Source: Candidatus Cloacimonadales bacterium
Lineage (GTDB): Bacteria; Cloacimonadota; Cloacimonadia; Cloacimonadales; JAIOQZ01
Reading direction: 5' to 3'
DNA length: 64,000 nt
Assembly (NCBI GenBank): GCA_963674825.1
Contig: OY771587.1
Coordinates: forward strand, 1,760,001 to 1,824,000
Shown: piece by piece, positions 22,201 through 33,439 of the stretch
How the letters are laid out: every line of letters starts with the position of its first letter
How positions within the stretch are numbered: position 1 is the first letter of the stretch
The notes under the pieces: generated by a model
Seen by the model: the letters and a program-made list of their open reading frames with translations, nothing else
What the model was told of the DNA's origin: nothing
Databases searched by the model: none
Program-made: the position numbers and the translations under genes

Positions 22201-23591
22201 GTGATAAGGTGCCAGTCGTCAGTTACATGGCCGGTACCTGCCTCTGTGTTATACCAGATTTTGGCATAGATTCCCGAAACTACCTGCGTGTTCCATTCGA
22301 TTTTGAACACATCACCCGCAGGCCAGATTTCTGGATTGGTGTTACAGTGCCAGCCTGTACCGCCATAGGGCTTTTCCAATGTCAAATAAACGCCATATGG
22401 GTCATGTGGATGTACCTGGCATACGCGTTCGAAGTCGCTGATAAAGCGATATTGGATAGTATCGTAATTCGGATCGTGAATAGCCACATCATAAGTCACC
22501 GGGTTGTAGCCCATTGCAACGATCGAATGCCCTGGGATGCTGACATGCGACGGATAGCCCTGGTTGACCTCGTTCGCGATCTCGTCGAACATGTCGCCAT
22601 AATCCCATAGGTATTCCCACCAGATGTAGTTATTATACACCCAGCAGTCGTATCCATTATCCTCGATTACCTCTTCGATACCGTCATCGATATTCCCCTG
22701 CGGAGTGTTACCATCATCGTCTGTTCCCATCGCGTCGGCAAACTCTGCGACCAGATTGGGAACATGCCAGTCGTAATGGCCCTGAATATCATCCCACATC
22801 GCCCAGTGATAATCTACCAGATTCGAGTAGTTATCGCGATTAACGCCGTTATAATCCCAATAAGCTCCCAGCATCGCCGCTGAACAGGGAGAACAACCGT
22901 AAACCCACTGATAAAATGGCATCATTTCGTAATTTGGGATGAACGTCCACGCGCGATTGAGTACTGTTCCTTCTCGATACTGCTCCCAGAGAGGTGCGTT
23001 ATCGAATCGACTTGGATTTTCTACCAGTTCAGCAGTTTCTTGCAGAAACTCCTCGTGTGTGAGGACTTTCGGTGGTGGATATGCTTTGACATAATACTCC
23101 TGCTGACCGTCTGATATAACCCACCAACGACTACCATAATTGATATAGATCATCTTCACGATCGTGAATTTGCCACCGATTTTGTCTGCCGCGATGCGCT
23201 CCATCTGGCTACGGTACGCGTAATCGTACGATAGCCCTTCCGAGTAACCCCAGATAACCGGCTTGTCGGTTCGCGCGCCGATTTCCATCTGCCGGAAACG
23301 CTCTTTGTTCCAGTCACTTCCCCAGAGTCCGAGCTGTTCCCGACTGCACAATTGTAGTAATTCGTCACGATCTGGAAATGGCTGATTGACACTGAAATTG
23401 AATTGCCACATGATCAGGTTGTCGTCCCGGTCGTAGCATGGAATGGGATCGTCCATTTCGACGTCTCCCCAAAGTTGTTTCGCGTTTCGCAAGGCAATCT
23501 GTGTCGCTTCCCCCTGACTGATCAATTCAACTTCGGCACAATAGATCCATGCGACTGAGAATAAAAGGAATAAGGATAACATCACTCTCAT
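13224..23591 (-). CDS. Giant secreted protein (~3455 aa): papain-like cysteine peptidase domain, beta-helix-like repeats, Ig-like (choice-of-anchor D), cleaved-adhesin-like (choice-of-anchor J) and FN3 domains
   Basis: Signal peptide MRVMLSLFLLF after RBS ggagg; 'GCSPCSAAM' and 'GHSIVAMGY'; 'WTGTVSTAWNNPSNW'; 'IDFGNV...IENNG'; 'ESFEGDFPPEGW'; 'LTPGTTYFVRAWA'. Confidence 0.75.
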   Translation of the reverse strand: MRVMLSLFLLFSVAWIYCAEVELISQGEATQIALRNAKQLWGDVEMDDPIPCYDRDDNLIMWQFNFSVNQPFPDRDELLQLCSREQLGLWGSDWNKERFRQMEIGARTDKPVIWGYSEGLSYDYAYRSQMERIAADKIGGKFTIVKMIYINYGSRWWVISDGQQEYYVKAYPPPKVLTHEEFLQETAELVENPSRFDNAPLWEQYREGTVLNRAWTFIPNYEMMPFYQWVYGCSPCSAAMLGAYWDYNGVNRDNYSNLVDYHWAMWDDIQGHYDWHVPNLVAEFADAMGTDDDGNTPQGNIDDGIEEVIEDNGYDCWVYNNYIWWEYLWDYGDMFDEIANEVNQGYPSHVSIPGHSIVAMGYNPVTYDVAIHDPNYDTIQYRFISDFERVCQVHPHDPYGVYLTLEKPYGGTGWHCNTNPEIWPAGDVFKIEWNTQVVSGIYAKIWYNTEAGTGHVTDDWHLITANTPNDGAYNWHIPSGINSTECRIRVEAYNSEGTMIASDGSQGDFTINSGGSITDLGSGTSQLTDRYSDFFTFTQPESYWAVIAARKGTDLPQCGVRLYDSDDFESPLKTSNYATPVNLIAIDRNHLPYNEFGAEVFCSSGTDASRVEYEGEDDVLTVGTSPTMSWSSGQVARMWDVTLSPGVYTIKLDIFSGTADLGFALYSSQNGGYYRAMGEAISVGNSNGNGGDEEITVTISQLDNYGLCVWSNRYASASYRIVFGYPGNWTGTVSTAWNNPSNWGNGIVPNQTNEVVIPAGTPNSPVISGGILARTRSLTIEDGATLTVANGTIEINGTAHIHGNMTLTDNAATTNFNGHVRVYETGHLTDTASTTVSVAGSYTVYDGGIANLNDSDFQFVGSESVLLSIQSEYVYFKNLYIDKTSNEEVVFSSDSEAELMIKGDFEVAYGAQFRVLNEHPIEIDGNIVSHGGFRFDMGEIHCVNSGTRTMNVQASDILCGLIIHNNATLSLGSDASIFYLSIDGGTLDANGHTIDLQGGWANNAGTFIGTGSTVKLIGSGNDQYIDEDGFGTLHLHKSEGGSIKIGPSSSVTCDSFLYTAGTIDVYGGSFTANDLADTRVEGSWILNGGIIDLHQGTSPSEYVDLDASIWLYDGNFNIYGGYDYPSEWAYTNGITVYIEGGVLDFKDNGILISASSHYLGENMTGGVIRTSGDFKVEREGFQLSGGEVELYGSGTAYCHTTDNSWFNHLRINKASTTRQNGLRDDRIDRIILDQDTNIQGNLYVQDGLLELNHATVNLDDNLVVTSGIYMDDEDDILNVGKTVQWYSTSGCTILDGAFHVERNWYFNAGTSAQIASECEVWFEGDEDAILGLYEPTAQIGTVVMHKDNASCTMGETFSSYLNATGDLIVNDNSTFYTRDATIDVAGEIDTKYGGFFVVEEDADVTTQDLTTSGLQEVFGNLTVHGSFLENEHGYLTIYDGAFIIDTPYTGTYETFNGTTNYYGGVFEITNNGMQFGSSATFESNELSVRLGWGIRAVYPNTFQMELGTFELIGSRSCAINLDPTNYFQNLTCSKDIATATVYLSNDTLVKGFLEVTGGKLSCNHNALTVKQNLTIDNTGVLDASNADDEIFVGHNWYENRGPAGFVQGSGKVTFNSMYTGSIIGEEVFHDVEIDKDPIPNIHMRIEHLTDLTVEGTLTITNGNLKQFAYTNVEIAGDFTLPSSAEFIMYEAVEDQTTHFLGDVILSSGSTMSTDCGSIEIDGDFSIYGDLTVNDGSLLLHGGLTTASTGSVTISTGCFVMDTPYIGNWILWSGEISMGDGLLELTDQKLQFSSQAVENIRAGTIRVSRGFYAMESSVFQPSGGTLEFIGEGDVNIVCANGNMIYDLLINKTSGNVTILVDLDLSGGVTINGGCLKPVSNDILVTSHWNNNVGEMGFDPGSGTVVFQGSETSLIGGDATFHNVIVDKDLEDDISVTIDNDVAVTIESDLSLYSGKLDMKSNSTLSVGNDIAISNGSCLDIVDSYGAPTLELAGDLTDLNSTVDDMHGFWANGPSRLSFVGNFDQIMDSQNDIQLDDLELHSSSYFYPNNNLIVHGNLAMYDTSSWDYGSTGLDHVFYGDFTMDTDCCWFDDTGSITFAGTDDASFEMSAVGNCDFNDILINKSISRRNRVDGPTVILGSDLDISRSATLSIVEGVLSLNHLTLSTEGNIEIQDNARLLADQSSEIVLRDGASVDVMNGGEIVFDGYDSGERPAIGTSDGGYYSFDINSGGKISAEYAIFEHMDTDGINIHNGALIDETCSFNHCWFQEGEPGGTLVTIDNNQIIVCDGAQFADNTWGSLYNVTKNTDMGSITFTNESGSFTSSTYDNDPYYRIHWTGDAPEISVSPSSIDFGNVQLGDSQLRWMIIENNGNAHLSVNIQAPECFYVYPSVERDGMQSAGRRARNQHPMGRSTVEQTIAPGDSQFYNVIFIPTEAMNYDCNIVIQHNAEGGEVDIPCTASSTGPRIVTDPESIQVELLPGGSDSRSITISNTGNQTLNYTATVEMWGRQRDNLIDESFEGDFPPEGWSTEELDTADGTTWDQDWTVSHTGSRCARAVYWDINDARLITPQFLLSSDSELSFWIRSYDPPLYGGDFGVEISVDGGAWSFIDSFSQNDLTQSWQQLTYPLMAYEGHNVQFAFRVYNNLWANGVMIDDVLLTGTPVTIQWLILDGGTEVTGSIAAGGAPDVYTIGFDSSTLIAGYYMGGIQIDCNDGIEPLRSVMCDMIIGSPILSISDSWLGFGQIEVGETETQQFTIENQGDITLTGTMTTPTHYSVSEAGNSRQLTSRLQRDRNQISFSISPWNTGTFEVAFQPTEPGDFNEEPLVISHNAGSDESIDLYGWAIDDPQITSDSVIDLHAGYATGVGTIVSNGNQDVIRAGFCWNRVGNPTIDDSYATVSDSIGTFQVQMNALFGGWNYYCRAFVEVPSSMFYGDELTFTTMVPQMTLDNIPLSNFGETAIGEESIEQSFVVSGEYLMGDIILDAPPGFNISLTSEESRRTRVDGLSTSSPHREFTDYLSLTPIDEQVPETIIYVRFEPTELVTYEDNIVCCGINLDNQYVEVSGTGVDYPLVDTAEVNGITSTSAISGGIILQDNNSTVTAAGVCWSTSSMPTIMNDHTSENISLGSFVSELTNLNPDDTYYVRAYATNGAGTSYGTQVTFDTAPGPSFTISVTSLPDYGNIVVGEQSSSQTLTVSGTNLADPIHVSMPYGFVVSTSDTRSRDRSFSEELDLEPVNGIVAETTLYVRFAPGRGGDFDDDAILSTAQIDSQFVNLTGNGIAVPDVATSSVSAILPTSAMGGGEIVFDGWCNIIDCGICWSESPAPTLADNYTNEGAQTGSYASQMNGLTPGTTYFVRAWAQNEAGIAYGVAVQFTTDILGLDPPQNIALTLEGSDVVLSWDAITGANSYNVYRSETPDAGWILVDSTNQLTWTDSGAAMTGTFFYRVTADTAEITITR

Positions 23592-23891
23592 GGTTCCTCC
23601 TGGTAATGGTAACAGAGACTTATGACTACGTCCGCCTGGCGGCACAGTAATCACATTAAAACGTTATGAAGATGATCAACGCGTCGTATAATACAGATTC
23701 GGTACGAGTTTGATTACAATTGCTGTATTGAGATATCCCGGCGCTGCAAACATAATCGCCTCCGGACGATGATGAATACGATTCAATAGTGCGCGCGGAT
23801 TGATGTCTATCTTTTTTTTGCAGAGATGAATACCAATATTTCTTCGGAAGCCCGAACACTGATTATGAGGGGATTCTGGCAGTATGTCCCG

Positions 23892-24698
23892 CTATTTCTT
23901 CTCACCTACAATTATATAGCTCATCGGAAGGATTCCATTATTAGCCCGGTCGGCCATCAAGTCGGAGATATCTTGTGGGTATTCGTTGAATTCGAGGATG
24001 TTGATGCCGCTTCTGATGATCGCGTTGATGATCGTGGAAAGAGTATGTGAAAATTCAAAGTTCTTCTCCGATTGATAAGTGACGCCCCCCACGTAATCGA
24101 TACCGGTGTCATATTCCCATGCACCATCGTGAAAATAAGGTCGAACCGGCTCCATCGGGTGCCCGGGTATGTATTCGGGTTCGTCTTCGAAAGCGAGTGT
24201 ACAGCCGATGGGGTGCGATTCGTAAACAATGAGCTTGCCTCCAGGCTTGAGCAATCCGGAAACAATCTCGAACAGGCGCTTCATGTCCGGAAGCCAGCAA
24301 AGCGCACCGATAGAGATGTATAGCATGTCAGCCGGTTGCCACTGGTTAGGATCGATGTCGTATGCGTCGCTCTGTACAAATTCGGCGTTGGCACCAGCGG
24401 CGATCGCATAGGTTCGTGCCTCTTCGATAAAAGCGTCCGCGATATCGAAGCCCAAACCCGATGTTGCGCCCATATTGATCATTGAGAGAACTTCACGGCC
24501 ATTGTTGCACATCAACTGGATCACGCGCTTACCTTCAAGCCCGATTTCTTTTAGCCTGGCTGTTATCAGCGAATCAAGTGTGGAATAGCTTGGCTGCTCG
24601 AATTCCTTTGCCAAATCGATTGTTCGTCCACGGGTGTGATAGGGTTGTACCTCATTCCAGGCTTTTCGGTTTGATTGCGTAAATTTGCGTATATCCAC
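23892..24698 (-). CDS. Class I SAM-dependent methyltransferase
   Basis: 'VIQLMCNNGRE...GLGFDIA', 'GALCWLPD', 'LKPGGKLIVYESHP'; probable GTG start after ggaggt. Confidence 0.85.
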   Translation of the reverse strand: MDIRKFTQSNRKAWNEVQPYHTRGRTIDLAKEFEQPSYSTLDSLITARLKEIGLEGKRVIQLMCNNGREVLSMINMGATSGLGFDIADAFIEEARTYAIAAGANAEFVQSDAYDIDPNQWQPADMLYISIGALCWLPDMKRLFEIVSGLLKPGGKLIVYESHPIGCTLAFEDEPEYIPGHPMEPVRPYFHDGAWEYDTGIDYVGGVTYQSEKNFEFSHTLSTIINAIIRSGINILEFNEYPQDISDLMADRANNGILPMSYIIVGEKK

Positions 24699-24821
24699 AG
24701 ACACCTCCATCAGGATACCATGGAAGCAGAATGCTATCGGCTCAGTCAAGATTTTCATGATGAAAGTGTGTAATATTCTTAATAGTATATGGTTATGCTG
24801 ATGGATAATACAGGGGGTAGC

Positions 24822-26189
24822 ATGAAGAAGGTGCTTGGATTTCTGTTTCTTCTGGCAATTTTACACATCGAATCGATTTCACTTCCCATTCAGCCGGATG
24901 GTACACTTCCAGCCGATATGGTACATCCGCAGATAATTGATCGGACAGAAAAGCTGGGCATTGTATTTCAGAACTGTACCACACCATCGATGATCGGCTA
25001 CAACCTCGATCCAACAATCCGGTACGAATCGGAGGTATGGGATTCATGCGGCAGATTCACACGATGCACTCTTATGTCCACCATAGATAAATCCACCGTT
25101 TCCTGGTACTTTCTTGATGGAAAATGGGTCAGTCCACTGGTTGCGAAGACGGATACTTGGAGCAAGATGGACAGTCGCTATTTCAGGTTTATTTGCAATC
25201 GGCCGGGTGAAATGTCAGAGAAGGGCATGGCTTCACTGGATGGTTTCATCGAACGGACGGCAGAACACCTCGGGATAACAGCAGATGAGCTTGCAACCCT
25301 TGAGCACGAGAAGATCCTCTACTATCTTTGCGATTCGGTGGAATCCGTGCAAGATCTGACTGGCAACAGTACGCGTGGTGTTTACATTCTCGCCGAGAGC
25401 GCGATTGTGAGCTACTTGCCCTGTCATTATCACGAGGTTAGCCACCTGCTGGTGAATTTCAAGCTGAAATCGGTACCAATTTACACGAATCCATTCCTGC
25501 AGGAAGGAATCGCGACCTGCCTCGGTGGGAGAGCCGGAAAGACTTCAGACGTGATCCTCTCCATGGGGGCATTCTTGGTCAATGAAGGAATGATCGACCT
25601 GAATACGGTTTCCGACGGTTCGCTGTTCTACTCGATCGACGCCTCGTTGACCTACCCGGCTTCAGCACTATACCATTCTCAATATCTACTCGACCACACA
25701 ATACAGGAATACCTCGATCTCTATCGCCTATACAGTGGTAACGATCCGGTAACGCGCCTGTCGAAGGTGCCGGTAACGCTTTTCGCTTCGCCCGATAAAA
25801 ACTTGCTGAATGAGACGATCATCTTCCCTGAAGCTGACGGAATCACACCACTGGCTTCGGATGAAAAGTACAAGATCGAATCGGATACTATTATCTGCAA
25901 GCCGGGCTGGCTGTTGATATCGTCCGGTCAGTGGGAAGCGCCTGAAGAATCACGGTTGTTCGAGGAGTATTTTCCCGAAAGGCAGTATATGGGCGAGGAA
26001 TTTGCGGTAAAAGTCTCCCCAGAAGAAGTGATGGTCTATGATTTCTATACCGGCACGATCATCGCTGCGTATATTGCCAGCCTGGACCCAATGCAAAGAG
26101 TGATTCCTGATATCGACGGAGCGTATGCGTTCAGTTTTTCGTCAGGTATAATGCCCGATACGCTTGCTTCTGTGCAGTGGAGTGAGTAA
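24822..26189 (+). CDS. Secreted hypothetical protein with gluzincin-like HExxH motif
   Basis: Signal peptide; 'YHEVSHLL' followed by 'FLQEGIAT'. Confidence 0.55.
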   Translation: MKKVLGFLFLLAILHIESISLPIQPDGTLPADMVHPQIIDRTEKLGIVFQNCTTPSMIGYNLDPTIRYESEVWDSCGRFTRCTLMSTIDKSTVSWYFLDGKWVSPLVAKTDTWSKMDSRYFRFICNRPGEMSEKGMASLDGFIERTAEHLGITADELATLEHEKILYYLCDSVESVQDLTGNSTRGVYILAESAIVSYLPCHYHEVSHLLVNFKLKSVPIYTNPFLQEGIATCLGGRAGKTSDVILSMGAFLVNEGMIDLNTVSDGSLFYSIDASLTYPASALYHSQYLLDHTIQEYLDLYRLYSGNDPVTRLSKVPVTLFASPDKNLLNETIIFPEADGITPLASDEKYKIESDTIICKPGWLLISSGQWEAPEESRLFEEYFPERQYMGEEFAVKVSPEEVMVYDFYTGTIIAAYIASLDPMQRVIPDIDGAYAFSFSSGIMPDTLASVQWSE

Positions 26190-26191
26190 GG

Positions 26192-29100
26192 TTATGTCTT
26201 CGGTTTCTGTTCCAGTGTTTCTTTGACGCGAGTAGCGAGTGCGTGCAGAGAGAACGGTTTCTGGAGGAAATTGATGTTGTCTTCCAGGATTCCCTGCTTA
26301 TTAATCACATTTGCAGTATAACCGGACATGAAGAGGTATTTCATATTGTGGTTACGGGCTGCCAGATGCTTTGCCAGATCATTTCCATTCATTTCCGGCA
26401 TGATGACATCGGTAACCAGCAGGTCGATCTCGTAATGATATCGGTCCGCAATTTGGATCGCTTCTTTCGGGTCCTGAGCGGTAATGACGTTGTATCCCAG
26501 TCGCTCGAGCATGATGCGTCCCATCCTCAAGATGGCAGGTTCGTCATCGACCATCAGGATTCTCTCCGATTTTCCTGCGGGTAGATCCCTGCCGATCCCA
26601 ATTTGATCTTCCGACAGCTTTTCAATTTGAGCCGGGAAGTAGATATGGAATGAAGTACCGTGCCCTATCTCGCTATATACAGCAATATGACCGTGATTTT
26701 GCATCACAATACCGTAAACGGTAGCAAGACCAAGGCCTGTTCCTTCACCAACGTCCTTGGTCGTGAAGAAAGGCTCGAAAATCTGCTGAACGGTTGTTTC
26801 ATCCATTCCATGGCCCGAATCGGTTATGGTGAGCATTACATACTGACCAGGCTTGCATCCGGTTGCCCTTTCACAATAAACCTCATCGAGCTCTATATTG
26901 GCTGTTTCAATAGTAATGCTGCCAATGTCGTCGATTGCATCACGAGCGTTTACGGCCAGGTTGGCCAGAATTTGCGCGAGTTGTGCGGGGTCGATTCGGA
27001 TCGTCGAAACGTCAGTACCGGGTAGCCAGAGCAGGTCAATACTTTCGCCGATCATGCGCCGCAGCATCTTGAGCATGCCATCAACGGTATGGTTGATATC
27101 AAGGATTTTCGGAGAAGCTGTTTGTTTACGGGCAAATGCGAGTAATTGACGGGTAAGATCTGCTGAATGCTGCGCTGCATGCTGGATTTCGCGGACGCTA
27201 TCGGCCAGTTCCCTGTTTTCCTTCGTTTCGTCGAGAATGAGCTCGGAATGACCGAGAATTACAAGCAGCATGTTGTTGAAATCGTGCGCAATACCCCCTG
27301 CAAGCCGCCCAACGCTTTCCATTTTCTGTGATTGCATGAACTGTCGTTCGAGTTCGAGCTCGCGGGTAATGTCGCGCTTCACGGCAACGAAGTTAGTTAT
27401 CTTCCCGGTTTTGTCCCGAACCGGTGAAATCGTGGCTTCCTCAGTATAGAGTGAGCCATCTTTCTTCTTGTTGATGAATCTGCCCTTCCAGATAGCCCCA
27501 CTGGCGATTGTATGCCATAGGTTATCATAGAATTCTTTATCATGCTCACCGCTCTTCAGCACGTTCGGGTTTTTTCCGATTGCTTCTTCGCGAGAATAGC
27601 CGGTTACCTCCTCAAAGGCTGGATTGACATACCCAATAATGCCGTACTGGTCTGTAATTACGACCGTTTCGCCAGCCTGCTCGATAGCTGCTATCAGCCT
27701 TTCGCGCTCAGCTTCGGCTTTTTTTGCTTCAGTCACATCACGAGCAATTCCTACATAACTGATCGGCTTACCGTTTTTATCCCTGATACGGGCTGCCGTG
27801 GATACATTCCACCGATATGTGCCATCCTTGTGTAGCACGCGGTATTCGACACTTTCCATTTGATCATCGGTCATCACTGCTTTTTTCAATAAGTCAAGGC
27901 AGATAGGAACATCATCCGGGTGAACATAGGGTACAAACGGTTTCCCGATTGCCTCTTCAGCCGGTTCACCAATAAACTGCTTCCAATTCGGAGAGATGTA
28001 GGTGAAGATACCGTTTTCATCCAGTGCGTACACGATATCATTGGCGTTTTCCACAAACGAACGAAAACGCTCTTCGCTTTTGCGGAGCTCTTCTTCGGCA
28101 AGCTTTCCTTCCGTGATATCAGTGGTGAGAATAACAACCCTCTCAACTTCACCCCGGTCGTTTTTTATACCGCTGAAATGCTGACTGAGAAAGCGCTTTT
28201 TACCTGAGAGGGATCTTTTCCCGGTTGTTTGAATTTCCGGTACATAGTAGGTACCGCCTTCACTATACACACGACGAACATTCTGCTGGTGTTCGGATAG
28301 ATACTCATCGCGATCACCGAACATCAGGTGGTCACGTGGTTTCAAATCTTCCTGCAAACGTTCGGGAGTCATTTCCCAGATATCCAACCAGGCCTGATTG
28401 TAAAAAATAAGTTGTCCTGTCGTGCTGCGAACGGAAATCCCAATCGGAGAGTGCTCGATAACTGTTTGTGCAAGCACTTCGCTTTGACGGACTGCTCTCT
28501 CGGCTTTTTTCCGTTCTGATAGATCCCGGCAGAAAGTAATGAATTGTCCCCCCTGTTCATTCATGAAAGAGATCGAGAGTTCAACAGGGACGATACTTCC
28601 ATCTTTTCTTTTATGGATCGATTCGAAGATTTCAGAACCGTTTCGGATAATACGCCGGGCTCTTTCCATTATCATATCATAATCGTCTCCGACTTCAATA
28701 TCTTCCAGCCTCATGGTGAGGATTTCCTCTCGACGGTAGCCTGTCATTTCACAATAGGCGTCGTTTACTTCGATCAGACGTCCTTGAAGGTCAGATATTA
28801 AAAAGCCATCAACGGTAGTATGAATGATGCTATTAAGGTACTCCTCACGTCGGCGTAGCGCTTGCTCCATTTCCTTTCGTTCGGTGATATCATAATTGAT
28901 ACCGGTCATACGGTATGCTTCGCCGTCTTTTCCACGTAACGCAATGCCAATCCCTTTCAGGTAACGAATTGCTCCAATGGATGTAATAATGCGGAACTCG
29001 ATATCAAGCGGCATCTCTTTAAGCTTGGCTTCTTCGATTCGTGCCATCACTGCCTCAATATCGCCAGGATGAACATGGCGATGCCAAGCTTCAAAAGTGC

Positions 29101-30439
29101 TTTCGAATTGGTCAGGGGGCATGTCGTACAGCTCGTACATTCGTTTATCCCAAACCAGGTTGTTTTGTTTGACGTCTAGGTCCCATACACCGATGTTTGC
29201 AGCAGTCGCAGCAAGCTCGAAGCGCTCATTTAATCGTGCAATTGTCTCAGCATTTTTTTCTTTCTCCGTGATATCTTCTATTATGGACGCAAATTGACCG
29301 GGTGCTGGTCTGAATACACTTATCTGGAAATACTTATCTTTCTCGTGATGATACTCAATAAACTGTCTGGATATACCGGTTATTGCAATCTCGGCATATT
29401 TCTCAATAAATTTCGGATCGATTGTAGGGAAAATATCGGTTACGTTCTTTCCGATAATGTCATTCACCATTATACCGGTAATCTTCTCAAAAGCGGGATT
29501 GGCAGCAAGAAACCTGTAATCAACGGGTTTTCCACTTTCATCGATGATGATTTCCTGAAGAATGAATCCATTGAGCATCTGATTGAACAATGTTGTGTAT
29601 TTTTCTTCCGCCTTGTGGCGATCGGTAGTATCTGTTGTGAAGCCCATGAAGCGATTTTCGTTCAGCCGTACTGTTGCAATGCGCCACCATCTGATTTCGC
29701 CGTCTTTCCGCTTATATTGCATTTCTTCAACAGCATAACCTTCTTTGACGACATGCTTAAAATGATCGAATGGATTTTTATCTGCTCCCTTGTGGACAAA
29801 CAATCTTAGACTCACACCAATCAGCTCGTCTTCTTGATAACCCGTCATCATGCATGCTGCTGTATTGACTTTGACGAGATTTCCCTGCTCATCTACAATC
29901 AAAACCCCATGAGGGGCGTTGTCGAAGTAGCTCCGGAGTGTTTCTTCCCGCTCTTTCAACGCAAACTCGCTGTGCTTGCGTTCTGTAATATCCCGAACAA
30001 TTGCCCATAAGAAATCAGGATTGCCCTTGATGTCATAGCCGACGTATGATTGCATTTCCACTGGTACGAGATAGCCTTTTTTGTGAATATATTCTTTCTC
30101 GTAAAGGTCGGAGTAGCCAACCTTGGCGAGACGATTCGCCCCAATTTCCTCAATTTCCCATTTGCGCCATTTCTCGACAGTCAACACGCTTGTTTCCCCG
30201 ATTTGCTTCAGCTCAGCAATGGTATAGCCAAGCATATCGCAAAACGCCTGATTGGCGTCAATAATTCGCCGATTCATATCGATCACAACGATTCCGTCGC
30301 GACTGCGGTCGAAAAACTCACGCATCTGGGGAGCCATCACAGCAGATGTTTTGGTCTTCAGCTCTTGCTTGAGTTGCTCAATCTGCTCTTCGAGCTCGCG
30401 ACAGCGATTTTCGAGATTGGTTTTATCATTGTGTTTCAT
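26192..30439 (-). CDS. Multi-PAS hybrid sensor histidine kinase / response regulator
   Basis: About 8 PAS/PAC units ending in D(I/T/L/V)(T/S)(E/D); 'GGIAHDFNNML'; 'FEPFFTTKDVGEGTGLGL'; C-terminal receiver domain. Confidence 0.93.
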   Translation of the reverse strand: MKHNDKTNLENRCRELEEQIEQLKQELKTKTSAVMAPQMREFFDRSRDGIVVIDMNRRIIDANQAFCDMLGYTIAELKQIGETSVLTVEKWRKWEIEEIGANRLAKVGYSDLYEKEYIHKKGYLVPVEMQSYVGYDIKGNPDFLWAIVRDITERKHSEFALKEREETLRSYFDNAPHGVLIVDEQGNLVKVNTAACMMTGYQEDELIGVSLRLFVHKGADKNPFDHFKHVVKEGYAVEEMQYKRKDGEIRWWRIATVRLNENRFMGFTTDTTDRHKAEEKYTTLFNQMLNGFILQEIIIDESGKPVDYRFLAANPAFEKITGIMVNDIIGKNVTDIFPTIDPKFIEKYAEIAITGISRQFIEYHHEKDKYFQISVFRPAPGQFASIIEDITEKEKNAETIARLNERFELAATAANIGVWDLDVKQNNLVWDKRMYELYDMPPDQFESTFEAWHRHVHPGDIEAVMARIEEAKLKEMPLDIEFRIITSIGAIRYLKGIGIALRGKDGEAYRMTGINYDITERKEMEQALRRREEYLNSIIHTTVDGFLISDLQGRLIEVNDAYCEMTGYRREEILTMRLEDIEVGDDYDMIMERARRIIRNGSEIFESIHKRKDGSIVPVELSISFMNEQGGQFITFCRDLSERKKAERAVRQSEVLAQTVIEHSPIGISVRSTTGQLIFYNQAWLDIWEMTPERLQEDLKPRDHLMFGDRDEYLSEHQQNVRRVYSEGGTYYVPEIQTTGKRSLSGKKRFLSQHFSGIKNDRGEVERVVILTTDITEGKLAEEELRKSEERFRSFVENANDIVYALDENGIFTYISPNWKQFIGEPAEEAIGKPFVPYVHPDDVPICLDLLKKAVMTDDQMESVEYRVLHKDGTYRWNVSTAARIRDKNGKPISYVGIARDVTEAKKAEAERERLIAAIEQAGETVVITDQYGIIGYVNPAFEEVTGYSREEAIGKNPNVLKSGEHDKEFYDNLWHTIASGAIWKGRFINKKKDGSLYTEEATISPVRDKTGKITNFVAVKRDITRELELERQFMQSQKMESVGRLAGGIAHDFNNMLLVILGHSELILDETKENRELADSVREIQHAAQHSADLTRQLLAFARKQTASPKILDINHTVDGMLKMLRRMIGESIDLLWLPGTDVSTIRIDPAQLAQILANLAVNARDAIDDIGSITIETANIELDEVYCERATGCKPGQYVMLTITDSGHGMDETTVQQIFEPFFTTKDVGEGTGLGLATVYGIVMQNHGHIAVYSEIGHGTSFHIYFPAQIEKLSEDQIGIGRDLPAGKSERILMVDDEPAILRMGRIMLERLGYNVITAQDPKEAIQIADRYHYEIDLLVTDVIMPEMNGNDLAKHLAARNHNMKYLFMSGYTANVINKQGILEDNINFLQKPFSLHALATRVKETLEQKPKT

Positions 30440-30602
30440 ATATTTGAATCCTTGGCGATATTCCACTAAATATATAATACTGGTCGAGTATAGCAATTGT
30501 CAATTTATTCATTGAAGCTCAGCAGGAGAAATCAATTCATGAAGAACTCCGTTTGCTGATACTGAAAAATTACATTGACGACTGAAGTTTAAGTAATTAT
30601 GA

Positions 30603-32727
<2,125 letters not shown>

Positions 32728-32742
32728 CCAAAGGAACTCATT

Positions 32743-33432
32743 ATGGCAAACCGAAAGAAAAAAATCACGCGTAACTACCTCATGCATCCCGAGGGATCCG
32801 TACTCATCACAACCGGCGACACAAAGGTTATCTGTACAGCGACGGTCACAGAGGGCGTGCCTTCGTTTCTGCGTGAAAGCGGTCAGGGGTGGATCACTGC
32901 CGAATACGGTATGCTGCCCAGAAGCACGAATGTGCGCAACAACCGTCCCGGGCCGACAAAGAAGGCAAATGGTCGTTCATCCGAAATCCAACGTCTTATC
33001 GGTCGTTCGCTGCGTGCGGCTGTCGATATGACCAAGATAGCCGATTACACTATTCAGATCGATTGTGATGTCATCCAGGCCGATGGCGGCACCAGAACAG
33101 CGGCGATTACCGGTGCCTGCGTTGCCATGCAGGACGCCTTCACGTGGATGATAGAGCAGGGTAAAATCATGGATAACCCAATACGTGAGATGGTCGCGGC
33201 GATCAGCGTGGGTATCGTAAAGGGCGAGCTGGTGGTCGATCTCGACTACGAAGAGGATTCCAACGCTGATGTGGATATGAATGTGGTGATGACCGAGTCT
33301 GGCAAATTCATAGAGATTCAGGCGACGGGTGAGAAGGATACTTTTACGCTCGAACAACATATCGAGCTTCTGCAGCTTGCTAAAGATGGAATCATCGAGC
33401 TGATCGAATTACAGAAGAAGGCGTTGAAATAG
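32743..33432 (+). CDS. rph: Ribonuclease PH
   Basis: '[14 protein letters not shown]', '[11 protein letters not shown]', '[12 protein letters not shown]'. Confidence 0.96.
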   Translation: MANRKKKITRNYLMHPEGSVLITTGDTKVICTATVTEGVPSFLRESGQGWITAEYGMLPRSTNVRNNRPGPTKKANGRSSEIQRLIGRSLRAAVDMTKIADYTIQIDCDVIQADGGTRTAAITGACVAMQDAFTWMIEQGKIMDNPIREMVAAISVGIVKGELVVDLDYEEDSNADVDMNVVMTESGKFIEIQATGEKDTFTLEQHIELLQLAKDGIIELIELQKKALK

Positions 33433-33439
33433 TCTATAA

